Shown: positions 27,232 to 35,204 of the stretch, piece by piece
Layout: each line of letters starts with the position of its first letter
How positions within the stretch are numbered: position 1 is the first letter of the stretch
From: Candidatus Omnitrophota bacterium
GTDB lineage: Bacteria; Omnitrophota; Gorgyraeia; Gygaellales; Profunditerraquicolaceae
Direction of reading: 5' to 3'
DNA length: 38,642 nt
NCBI GenBank assembly: GCA_043802105.1
Contig: JAZDLL010000031.1
Span: forward strand, 1 to 38,642
Translations under genes and position numbers: made by a program
Notes under the pieces: model-generated
The model's database searches: none
What the model was told of the DNA's origin: nothing
The model's input: only the letters and a program-made list of their open reading frames with translations

Positions 27232-30048
27232 ATGGCTGATAATTCTGAATATAAGCAGACATTAAATTTGCCCAAAACCGATTTTCCGATGAAGGCGGAT
27301 CTGCCTAGGCGGGAACCGTTGATGCTTGAGGATTGGTATAAAAAGGATCTTTATGGGCTGATCCGTAAAAAACCGGCTCCCCAAGGAAAATATGTTCTGC
27401 ATGACGGGCCGCCTTATGCCAATGGAGATATTCACATCGGCCATGCCTTAAATAAAACATTAAAAGATATCGTAGTTAAATATAAGACTATGCAAGGGTA
27501 TTATTCGCCTTATGTGCCCGGTTGGGACTGTCACGGGCTGCCGATTGAGCATCAGTTGTTCAAAGAATTAAAGATCGCCAAACACCAGATTGCGCAGCTG
27601 GCGTTTAGGAGGAAAGCTCATGATTACGCGATGAAACATGTGGCTAATCAAAGGGAACAGTTTAAGCGCCTGGGGGTGTTCGGGGATTGGGAGCATCCTT
27701 ATTTGACCTTAAGCCATGAATATGAAGAGGCAATTATCCGGTCTTTTAACGATTTAAATAGCCAGGGGTATATTCAGCGGGGCTTGAAACCCGTGAATTG
27801 GTGTTTTAAATGTGAAACCGCTTTGGCCGAAGCTGAGGTGGAATATGAAAATCATACTTCTCCATCTGTATTCGTAAAATTCAAAGTGAAAGAGGATAGA
27901 AGTTGGTCAAGGGATAGCCATCTGGTGATTTGGACGACAACGCCGTGGACTTTGATCGCTAATGTTGCCGTGGCCGTGCATCCGGAGTTTAATTATTCAT
28001 ATATCAAAACGAATAAAGGTGATTTGATTATTGCCGATGTACGCCTGTCAGTATTACAGCAGATGGGCATTGATCAATATGAAGTTATAAGAGAATTAAA
28101 AGGGAAAGATTTAGAGGGTGTAATTTATGACCATCCGTTTGGTTTGCGTTCGGGCAAAGTAGTTTTGGCAGATTATGTTTCAGCCCAGGAGGGTACAGGT
28201 TTAGTGCATATTGCTCCCGGCCATGGCGCGGAGGATTATCGGACCGGATTAAAATATGGTTTGGAAATTGTAATGCCGGTTGACCCCAGAGGTAAATTTG
28301 ATGCTACGGCCGGAGAATTTGCCGGGCAGAACGTGTATGATGCTAATCCGGCGATTGTGGAAAAATTGCAATCAATAGGCGCCCTGCTTTTAGCCCAAAA
28401 GATAACCCACTCTTATCCGCATTGCTGGCGTTGCAAACATCCGATAATTTTTAGGGCCACTAAACAGTGGTTTTTGAATATTGATCATCATGATTTGCGT
28501 AAAAAAGTACTGGCAGCCATAAAAGAAGAAGTAACCTGGATTCCGGAAGGAGGCCGCGAGAGAATTTCGGCCATGGTGGAATTGCGGCCGGATTGGTGTT
28601 TATCCCGTCAGAGATACTGGGGAGTACCGGTACCGGCTCTGGTTTGCCAGGAATGCAAGGAAGAGTTTTTTGATACAAAAGTAATCGAGAAGTTCGCGCA
28701 ATTTTCCGCTACAGAAGGCTCGGACTGCTGGTTCAGCCGTGAAATAAATGATTTTCTGTATGAAGGTTTAGTCTGCTCAGAGTGCAAAAAAGGAAAAACT
28801 TTTGCTAAGGGAGCAGATATTTTAGATGTTTGGTTTGATTCCGGAGTAAGCTCTCAAGCGGTATTGAAAAAAAGAAAAGAACTAGGTGGGGTTCCAGCGC
28901 AATTATATTTGGAAGGCTCCGATCAGCACCGGGGATGGTTTCAGTCTTCGATTATTCCGGCCATGGCCATCGACGGTAAACCGCCGTTTGAGAACGTGCT
29001 TACCCATGGTTTTGTCGTTGACGGCGAAGGCAAGAAAATGTCTAAGTCCGATGGTAATGTTATTTCTCCTGCCCAGATTATTAAGGATTATGGGGCCGAT
29101 ATCTTAAGGATGTGGGTAGCCTCCAGCGATTACAATGAGGATATCCGGATCTCTAAAGAAATCCTCACCCGGCTTTCTGAGGCTTACCGCAAGATCCGCA
29201 ATACCGCCAAATTCATTTTAAGCAATCTTTATGATTTTAATCCGGATACGGACAAAGTCCCTTATGAAAAATTACGTAAGATCGACCAGTGGATACTTTA
29301 CCAGATGATGGCAGTGAGAGATAATGTAGAAAATGCTTATGGCACACCGCCTAATCCTTCATTTGAATTTCACCTCGCCTATAAAGAGATTTATGATTTT
29401 TGTAACGAAGAACTTTCCATGTATTATCTGGATATGGTCAAAGGCAGGCTTTATACTTACGCCGCCAGTTCTGTAGAACGGCGTGCCGCCCAAACCGTAA
29501 TTTATGAAGTATTAAATCATCTAATTAGATTAATTGCTCCGGTTTTAGTTTTTACTGCTGAAGAGATCTGGCAGAATATGCCTAAAGAAAAAAAAGATCT
29601 CGATTGTGTAAGCGTGCATCTGGCAGATTTTCCAGAACACAATCCTACTTTTTGGCAAGATGATCGTTTCTCTCTGGGGCAAAAAAATGTTGGTGAGGAA
29701 TTAAAAGATGTAATAGAATTAGTTCCGGTGGCCGCCAAAGCCCTGGAAGAACTGCGCTCAAAAGGCCAGATCGGAAGTTCTTTTGATGCACAAATAAATA
29801 TATTGACAAAAACCCAGGATCGTTATACATTCTTACAAAGCTTTAATATCGAACTTGGCGAGATTTTTAAGGTTTCTCAAGTTAAAGTGACTCTGGATAA
29901 AAGTAATTCTGCAGACCTGTCGATGAGAGTAGAGAAGGCCCCAGGCGCTAAATGCCTGCGTTGCTGGAATTATTCATTAGAAGTTGGCAAGAGTCAGGCG
30001 CATCCTTTAATTTGTGATAACTGTATTAAAGCTATAGGGGGTATGTAA
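27232..30048 (+). CDS. ileS: Isoleucine--tRNA ligase (type 1)
   Basis: HIGH, GWDCHGLP, WTTTPWT, EGSDQHRGWF, KMSKS, C-terminal zinc motif CLRC...CDNC. Confidence 0.98.
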   Translation: MADNSEYKQTLNLPKTDFPMKADLPRREPLMLEDWYKKDLYGLIRKKPAPQGKYVLHDGPPYANGDIHIGHALNKTLKDIVVKYKTMQGYYSPYVPGWDCHGLPIEHQLFKELKIAKHQIAQLAFRRKAHDYAMKHVANQREQFKRLGVFGDWEHPYLTLSHEYEEAIIRSFNDLNSQGYIQRGLKPVNWCFKCETALAEAEVEYENHTSPSVFVKFKVKEDRSWSRDSHLVIWTTTPWTLIANVAVAVHPEFNYSYIKTNKGDLIIADVRLSVLQQMGIDQYEVIRELKGKDLEGVIYDHPFGLRSGKVVLADYVSAQEGTGLVHIAPGHGAEDYRTGLKYGLEIVMPVDPRGKFDATAGEFAGQNVYDANPAIVEKLQSIGALLLAQKITHSYPHCWRCKHPIIFRATKQWFLNIDHHDLRKKVLAAIKEEVTWIPEGGRERISAMVELRPDWCLSRQRYWGVPVPALVCQECKEEFFDTKVIEKFAQFSATEGSDCWFSREINDFLYEGLVCSECKKGKTFAKGADILDVWFDSGVSSQAVLKKRKELGGVPAQLYLEGSDQHRGWFQSSIIPAMAIDGKPPFENVLTHGFVVDGEGKKMSKSDGNVISPAQIIKDYGADILRMWVASSDYNEDIRISKEILTRLSEAYRKIRNTAKFILSNLYDFNPDTDKVPYEKLRKIDQWILYQMMAVRDNVENAYGTPPNPSFEFHLAYKEIYDFCNEELSMYYLDMVKGRLYTYAASSVERRAAQTVIYEVLNHLIRLIAPVLVFTAEEIWQNMPKEKKDLDCVSVHLADFPEHNPTFWQDDRFSLGQKNVGEELKDVIELVPVAAKALEELRSKGQIGSSFDAQINILTKTQDRYTFLQSFNIELGEIFKVSQVKVTLDKSNSADLSMRVEKAPGAKCLRCWNYSLEVGKSQAHPLICDNCIKAIGGM

Positions 30049-30049
30049 A

Positions 30050-30433
30050 TTGAAGAAAAAATTTTCTAAAAGCGATTTGAAAGATTTCAAAAAGATTGTG
30101 CTGAAGAAAAAAGAAGAGCTACTTAATGATCTTAAGCACATCTCTGACGATACTTTAAGAAAATCGCAAAAAGAGGCCTCCGGGGATATTTCCGGCTATA
30201 CTTATCATATGGCAGATGTGGCGACCGATAATTATGACCGCGAGTTTTCTTTAGGGTTGGCTTCTAACGAGAGGAAATCCCTTTATGAGCTGGATGATGC
30301 GCTGAAGAGGATAGATGAAGGGGTTTTTGGCATTTGTGATGATTGTAAAGGTTCAATTTCTAAAATTAGATTAAAAGCAGTTCCCTCTGCCCGCTTATGT
30401 ATCAAATGCCAGCAGAAAAGGGAAAAGAAGTAA
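30050..30433 (+). CDS. DksA/TraR family C4 zinc-finger protein
   Basis: Coiled coil with HMADVATD tip; CDDC...RLKAVP...CIKC; TTG start. Confidence 0.9.
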   Translation: MKKKFSKSDLKDFKKIVLKKKEELLNDLKHISDDTLRKSQKEASGDISGYTYHMADVATDNYDREFSLGLASNERKSLYELDDALKRIDEGVFGICDDCKGSISKIRLKAVPSARLCIKCQQKREKK

Positions 30434-30450
30434 GAGCTTTGACCAATTAG

Positions 30451-30885
30451 ATGATTTTTATCATCGTTACAAGCGTTATTTTGCTGGATCAGGCCACTAA
30501 ATTTATCGCCGTAAGATTTCTGCAACTAAATACCCCGGTTCCTTTAATAAAAAATTTCTTAAATTTAACCCTCGTTCATAATCGGGGAGCAGCTTTTGGT
30601 ATTTTTCAAAATCAGCTGCTTTTATTTGTGTTGGTTTCGCTTTTTGCTATCGGGTTTATTTTTTGCAATTTAAGAAGCAAGGCCAATTCCGGGCTTTTAA
30701 AATTGACCTTGAGCCTGATTTTAGGCGGGGCAATCGGTAATCTTATCGACCGTTTGCGTTTCGGTTTTGTGATTGATTTTTTAGACCTGCGCATCTGGCC
30801 GGTTTTTAATCTTGCGGATTCCGTAATTACCATCGCTGCGCTGGTCTTAACCTGGGAGTTACTATTTAATAAAAATGCTGCCTGA
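30451..30885 (+). CDS. lspA: Lipoprotein signal peptidase II
   Basis: DQATK, NRGAAFG, GNLIDR, VIDF, FNLAD. Confidence 0.97.
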   Translation: MIFIIVTSVILLDQATKFIAVRFLQLNTPVPLIKNFLNLTLVHNRGAAFGIFQNQLLLFVLVSLFAIGFIFCNLRSKANSGLLKLTLSLILGGAIGNLIDRLRFGFVIDFLDLRIWPVFNLADSVITIAALVLTWELLFNKNAA

Positions 30886-31609
30886 AATTTGCCGGATCGC
30901 AAGTTTTACGATTTATTCTTATGGTTTGCTGCTGGTTTTGGCTTTTTTTACCAGTTCCTATTTAGCTGCATTACAGGCAAAAAAAGAGCAAATGGATGGC
31001 GAAGGAATATTCAATCTTTTCTTCTTGGTTTTTATCTTTGGCATAATCGGTTCCCGGATATTTTACGTGTTGATGAATGCCCGCTTTTATCTGGCTAACC
31101 CCCGGGAGATGGTTATGCTCCAACACGGAGGATTGGCCTGGTTCGGCGGCCTGATTTTTGGTCTAAGCGTGGCAGTCTGGTTTATTAAGCAGCATAAAAT
31201 GGACTTGCTTAAAACTCTGGATCTCGTGGCTCCTTTTATTGCCTTAGGACAAGCCATCGGCAGGATCGGTTGCCTGCTTAACGGATGTTGCTTTGGCCGG
31301 GAATCAGAGTTTGGGTTATATTTTAAAGTTTTTGACCGGATTTTGATACCTACCCAGCTGTATTCTTCGCTGCTTTTGCTTTTGATATTTATTATTTTAA
31401 GATTTAAACAAGCCCGGGAGCATTTACGGGGTGAGATTTTCTGCAGTTATCTTTTTCTTTATTCTCTAAAGCGTTTTTTTATTGAATTTTTGCGCAATGA
31501 TAGCCCCCGGATATTTTACGGGTTAACTTTTTTCCAGATTTTGTGCCTGGCGATGTTTTTTATTTCGCTGGGTTTATTTATTAAGTTATTCGTAATCAAG
31601 AAAAAATGA
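30875..31609 (+). CDS. lgt: Prolipoprotein diacylglyceryl transferase
   Basis: SYG, GSRIFYV, GQAIGRIGC, PTQLY, RFFIEFLR; adjacent to lspA. Confidence 0.9.
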   Translation: MLPEICRIASFTIYSYGLLLVLAFFTSSYLAALQAKKEQMDGEGIFNLFFLVFIFGIIGSRIFYVLMNARFYLANPREMVMLQHGGLAWFGGLIFGLSVAVWFIKQHKMDLLKTLDLVAPFIALGQAIGRIGCLLNGCCFGRESEFGLYFKVFDRILIPTQLYSSLLLLLIFIILRFKQAREHLRGEIFCSYLFLYSLKRFFIEFLRNDSPRIFYGLTFFQILCLAMFFISLGLFIKLFVIKKK

Positions 31610-31662
31610 AACTCCTGGGTTAGTTTTGCTTGAAGAGAAGTTTACTGGAAGAAACTTAATGC

Positions 31663-31693
31663 AAGACCCTCGTTCGCTGCGCTCACGAGGATT
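31663..31693 (+). repeat. Family A hairpin repeat, copy 2
   Basis: AAGAC CCTCGT-TC-GC-TGC-GC-TC-ACGAGG ATT. Confidence 0.75.
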
Positions 31694-31709
31694 TTCTGTG
31701 GGAAGCTTA

Positions 31710-32630
31710 ATGGAAGAGCTGTTGTTACAAGTTAAGGCCCAAGAGGCCAAAATGCGTTTGGATATCCTCTTGACGGATTATGCCCTGCGTAATAATTTAG
31801 GACTTTCGCGTACAAATATTCAGAAGCTTATTCACGAAGGAAAAGTTTTTTTAAATTCCCAAGTAGTTAATAAACCGCACCATAAATTAAACTCGCTTGA
31901 CACGCTGCAGGTTTTTCTCCCGGAGAAAGAAAAAACAGAATTTTTACCGGAACAGATACCTTTAAATATTATTTATGAGGATAAGGAGGTATTAGTCATT
32001 AATAAACAGGCCGGTTTAGTGGTGCATCCGGCCCCCGGTAATCGGGCGCATACTTTAGTTAATGCTTTATTGGGCCGTCCTACTCAGCTTTCCGATATCA
32101 ATAAAAATCGCCCCGGGATCGTGCATCGGCTGGATAAAGAAACCAGCGGACTTTTGGTGATTGCTAAAAATAATGCCAGCCATTTGAAATTAGTTAAGCA
32201 GTTTGCCCAGCATAGTATCCAGCGTAAATATGTTGCTCTGGTTAGCGGAAGGGTAGAGTTTGATGAGGATGTGATTGAGGCTCCCATTGGCCGGCACCCT
32301 CTAAAACGGAAAAATATGGCAGTTTCATTTTCCAAAAATACCAAATATGCCAAGACTTTTTATAAAACATTAAAGCGTTCCAAGGATTTTAGCTTTTTGG
32401 AGTTAAAGCCCTTTACCGGCAGGACGCATCAACTCCGGGTGCATTTGGCCTACTTAGGGCATCCGATACTTGGCGATATCAAGTATGGGAAAAAAGATAG
32501 TTTTCCCCGGCTAGCTTTACATGCCCAGGAGATCGGCTTTATTCATCCGACTACCAATAAACTTATGCACTTTACGAGTAAGGTGCCTTTAGAGTTTCAG
32601 GAGTTTATTAAGAAGAATTTTGTAAGGTAG
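31710..32630 (+). CDS. rluD: RluA-family 23S rRNA pseudouridine synthase (S4 domain)
   Basis: RLD...SR S4 domain, NKQAGLVVHP, HRLDKETSG, TGRTHQLRVH; start set at ATG 31710, downstream of the repeat. Confidence 0.92.
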   Translation: MEELLLQVKAQEAKMRLDILLTDYALRNNLGLSRTNIQKLIHEGKVFLNSQVVNKPHHKLNSLDTLQVFLPEKEKTEFLPEQIPLNIIYEDKEVLVINKQAGLVVHPAPGNRAHTLVNALLGRPTQLSDINKNRPGIVHRLDKETSGLLVIAKNNASHLKLVKQFAQHSIQRKYVALVSGRVEFDEDVIEAPIGRHPLKRKNMAVSFSKNTKYAKTFYKTLKRSKDFSFLELKPFTGRTHQLRVHLAYLGHPILGDIKYGKKDSFPRLALHAQEIGFIHPTTNKLMHFTSKVPLEFQEFIKKNFVR

Positions 32631-32652
32631 TTTATGCGCTATGATATAGGGA

Positions 32653-32707
32653 TAGTTCGCACATTGGCTTACGAGTACACAGTACGAGTAAGTCAATGTG
32701 TTCACTA
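32653..32707. repeat. Family B long hairpin, copy 1 (core inverted)
   Basis: TAGT-TC-GCACATTGGCTTAC-GA-GTAC-ACA-GTAC-GA-GTAAGTCAATGTGT-TC-ACTA. Confidence 0.8.
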
Positions 32708-32715
32708 AATTTCTC

Positions 32716-32743
32716 TTGATTTTTACCTAACTAATGTTATATT
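32716..32743 (+). promoter_or_regulatory. Putative sigma70 promoter
   Basis: TTGATT (32716-32721), 16 nt spacer containing TG, TATATT (32738-32743). Confidence 0.5.
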
Positions 32744-32774
32744 AATGGTTAAGAAACATACTAAAATTGTAAAA

Positions 32775-32805
32775 AAGATTCTTGCCCGCTGCGCGGCCAA
32801 GGACT
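32775..32805 (+). repeat. Family A hairpin repeat, copy 3
   Basis: AAGA TTCTTG-C-CCGC-TGC-GCGG-C-CAAGGA CT. Confidence 0.75.
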
Positions 32806-32830
32806 TCGCTGGATAAAAACTATAAGCTGC

Positions 32831-32890
32831 TTGATTTACGCATTAACTTACTCCCCACCTTCGGCGGATCGTAAGTTAAGCGTTCATTAA
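32831..32890 (+). repeat. Family B long hairpin, copy 2
   Basis: TTGAT-TT-ACGC-A-TTAACTTAC-TC-[CCCACCTTCGGCGGA]-TC-GTAAGTTAA-GCGT-TC-ATTAA. Confidence 0.85.
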
Positions 32891-32904
32891 TTAAAGGAGG
32901 CAAA

Positions 32905-33765
32905 ATGCATCGCAAAGGCTCAGTTATATTACCTGTCTTAATTGCATTATTTATTATTGCATTATCGGCCGGCGCCGGAGTATTTTATTTATATCAAAAA
33001 GAATATGCGCAAAATATTAAGCTTCAAGCGCAGATTGTGGAGTTGGAAGACCGCCAGCGCCAAACTACTACTCAGCTGGAAGAATCCAAGAAGGTGGCTA
33101 CGGATCTTGCCTTAAAATTACAAGAAGCTAAAAGTAGAATGGATTCTTTAGCCGGTGAGTTGGCTGCGGAGAAATCTGCCCACGCTGCCACTGCCAGCAA
33201 ATTAGAGCAGTTTAAAGATGATCTTGCCAATCAGAAAACATTGCGGGAGGATCTTGAGAGTAAACTGAATAAGGTTCAAGATGATAGCAAACAAATTAAA
33301 GAGCAAATAAAAATTATGCAACAGCAGAAGGTGGCGCTAGAGGAAAAGATTAAGAATCTGGAAGCCGGCGCCAGCGGGGTAGAGTTGGGTACGGTGGTGG
33401 TCAATCCTGAACTGCTCCCGACGGAAAAGGCGGCGGTGCAAGCTTTGCCTAAAACGGCTAATGATAAAACTAATGCCGCCGACACCAAGGCCTCCAAGGT
33501 TACTAAAAAAGAGCAGGCTCCTTTGGCCAAGGGTTTAGAAGGCAAAGTGATGATTGTGAATAAAGAATTTAATTTCGTGGTGATTAACTTGGGTAGCAAA
33601 GATAAAGTAAGCGTAGGAGATGAATTTTCAGTATCGCGCGCCGGTAAGCCGATCGGAGATTTAAAAATAGAGAAAGTCCATGAATTCATGTCTGCTGCGG
33701 GTTTTGCGCCTGAGCTAAAAGAGGCAATTAAAGAAAACGATAAGGTTACCCAAAAGATAAGGTGA
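32905..33765 (+). CDS. Hypothetical bitopic coiled-coil protein with C-terminal beta domain
   Basis: Strong RBS AAGGAGG; N-terminal TM, long heptad region, A/K/T-rich linker, C-terminal FVVINLGSKDKVSVGD domain. Confidence 0.85.
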   Translation: MHRKGSVILPVLIALFIIALSAGAGVFYLYQKEYAQNIKLQAQIVELEDRQRQTTTQLEESKKVATDLALKLQEAKSRMDSLAGELAAEKSAHAATASKLEQFKDDLANQKTLREDLESKLNKVQDDSKQIKEQIKIMQQQKVALEEKIKNLEAGASGVELGTVVVNPELLPTEKAAVQALPKTANDKTNAADTKASKVTKKEQAPLAKGLEGKVMIVNKEFNFVVINLGSKDKVSVGDEFSVSRAGKPIGDLKIEKVHEFMSAAGFAPELKEAIKENDKVTQKIR

Positions 33766-35126
33766 GCCGCATTAGAAAATTTTCTAATCGCTTAGCAGGA
33801 AAGTTTTCCCCTTCCCGTAAATCTATTTTAATTAAACGTAAATTTATTCCTCGCGGCTCAATCAGGCTGGCGGGGGATAAATCCATTGCCCACCGGGCGT
33901 TAATTTTAAGCGCTTTAAGCCGCGGTAAAACCATTCTTAAAAATTTTCCCATCCACGAGGATTCTTTGGCTACTTTAAATGCTTTAAGCGCTTTGGGAGT
34001 GATCATCCTGCGCCGCAAGGGCCAGGTTTCTGTTCAGGGCGCCGGCCTAGGAGGGTTAAGAGGATGCCGGCAGCCGATTTTTGTGAATAATTCCGGAACT
34101 ACCTTGCGTTTACTTTTAGGTGTTTTAGCGGGGATGGAATTTGAATCTAAGGTGGTGGCGGCTAAAGCTCTTAGTTCCCGACCCATGTCCAGAGTAAATG
34201 TGCCTTTACGTTTGATGGGTGCGCGGATTATCTCCAGAATTAAAGCTCACCAAGAGTATGCCCCGATAATGATAAGCGGAGGAAATCTTAAAGGCATTGT
34301 TTATCATCTAAAGATTGCTTCGGCTCAGGTAAAATCGGCGATTCTTTTGGCGGGGTTATTCGCCCGGGGTAAAACACAAGTTATCCAGCGGATAAGCACT
34401 CGCGATCATACTGAGCGGATGCTTAAAATTTTTGGCGCAAATATAGTTATCAGGAATAAAAGCATCATCTTGAATCCCAGTCGCAGCTTAACCAGCCCGG
34501 GTGAAATTTATATTCCCGGGGATATTTCCTCAGCGGCTTTTTTTATGGTCCTGGCGGCCATCATTCCCGGAGCCAGGGTTATTATTGAGCATTCTAGCCT
34601 TAATCCTACCCGCAGCGGAATAATTAGTGTGCTTAAAAGAATGCAGGCTGAAATAAAAGTTGCAGTTTCTAAACCCATAAATTTTGAGCCCAGAGGTGTC
34701 TTAACGATAAACAGCAGCAAGCTTAAAGGCACGGTAGTTTCGGCGGGCGAAATACCCTTTTTAGTTGATGAGTTGCCTATTTTGATGGTGGCTGCTTGTT
34801 TTGCTCAGGGCCGCACCGTAATTAAAGGGGTTGGCGAACTTAGGGTTAAGGAGACCGATAGGATTAATTCCATGGTGGTCAATTTAAGGAAGATGGAGGC
34901 GGATATCCGGGTCAACAAGGTTGCAGGCGTGGAAAATATAGTTATTCAAGGCCGGGGTAGACTTTACGGGGCTAAGCTTAAAAGTTTCGGAGATCATCGC
35001 ACGGCCATGAGTATGGTGATAGCGGCTCAAGCTGCCGATGGTGAATCTACTCTTGATGATATTAGTTGTGTTAGTAAATCTTTCCCCGGGTTTCTTGCGA
35101 CGTTGCAGAGCCTGGAAAGAGGGTAG
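33762..35126 (+). CDS. aroA: 3-phosphoshikimate 1-carboxyvinyltransferase (EPSP synthase)
   Basis: GDKSIAHR, NSGTTLR, RPM, SAQVKS, RDHTE, DELP, RVKETDR, GDHR, KSFP; GTG start overlaps upstream TGA. Confidence 0.96.
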   Translation: MSRIRKFSNRLAGKFSPSRKSILIKRKFIPRGSIRLAGDKSIAHRALILSALSRGKTILKNFPIHEDSLATLNALSALGVIILRRKGQVSVQGAGLGGLRGCRQPIFVNNSGTTLRLLLGVLAGMEFESKVVAAKALSSRPMSRVNVPLRLMGARIISRIKAHQEYAPIMISGGNLKGIVYHLKIASAQVKSAILLAGLFARGKTQVIQRISTRDHTERMLKIFGANIVIRNKSIILNPSRSLTSPGEIYIPGDISSAAFFMVLAAIIPGARVIIEHSSLNPTRSGIISVLKRMQAEIKVAVSKPINFEPRGVLTINSSKLKGTVVSAGEIPFLVDELPILMVAACFAQGRTVIKGVGELRVKETDRINSMVVNLRKMEADIRVNKVAGVENIVIQGRGRLYGAKLKSFGDHRTAMSMVIAAQAADGESTLDDISCVSKSFPGFLATLQSLERG

Positions 35127-35174
35127 TTAATGCATATATTCTATAATTGGCTAAAGATCCATAAATTGTGGGGA

Positions 35175-35204
35175 AAGATCCTTGACCGCTAAGCGGCAAG
35201 GATT
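35175..35204 (+). repeat. Family A hairpin repeat, copy 4
   Basis: AAG ATCCTTG-A-CCGC-TAA-GCGG-CAAGGAT T. Confidence 0.75.

Noticed and set aside
31626-31709. N-terminal extension of RluD in the ORF track
   Set aside because: It translates the family A hairpin; ATG 31710 gives a normal-length protein.
32745-32816. 23-aa ORF MVKKHTKIVKKILARCAAKDFAG
   Set aside because: No RBS, the ATG lies immediately after the predicted -10 box (before the likely transcription start), and it reads through a family A repeat.
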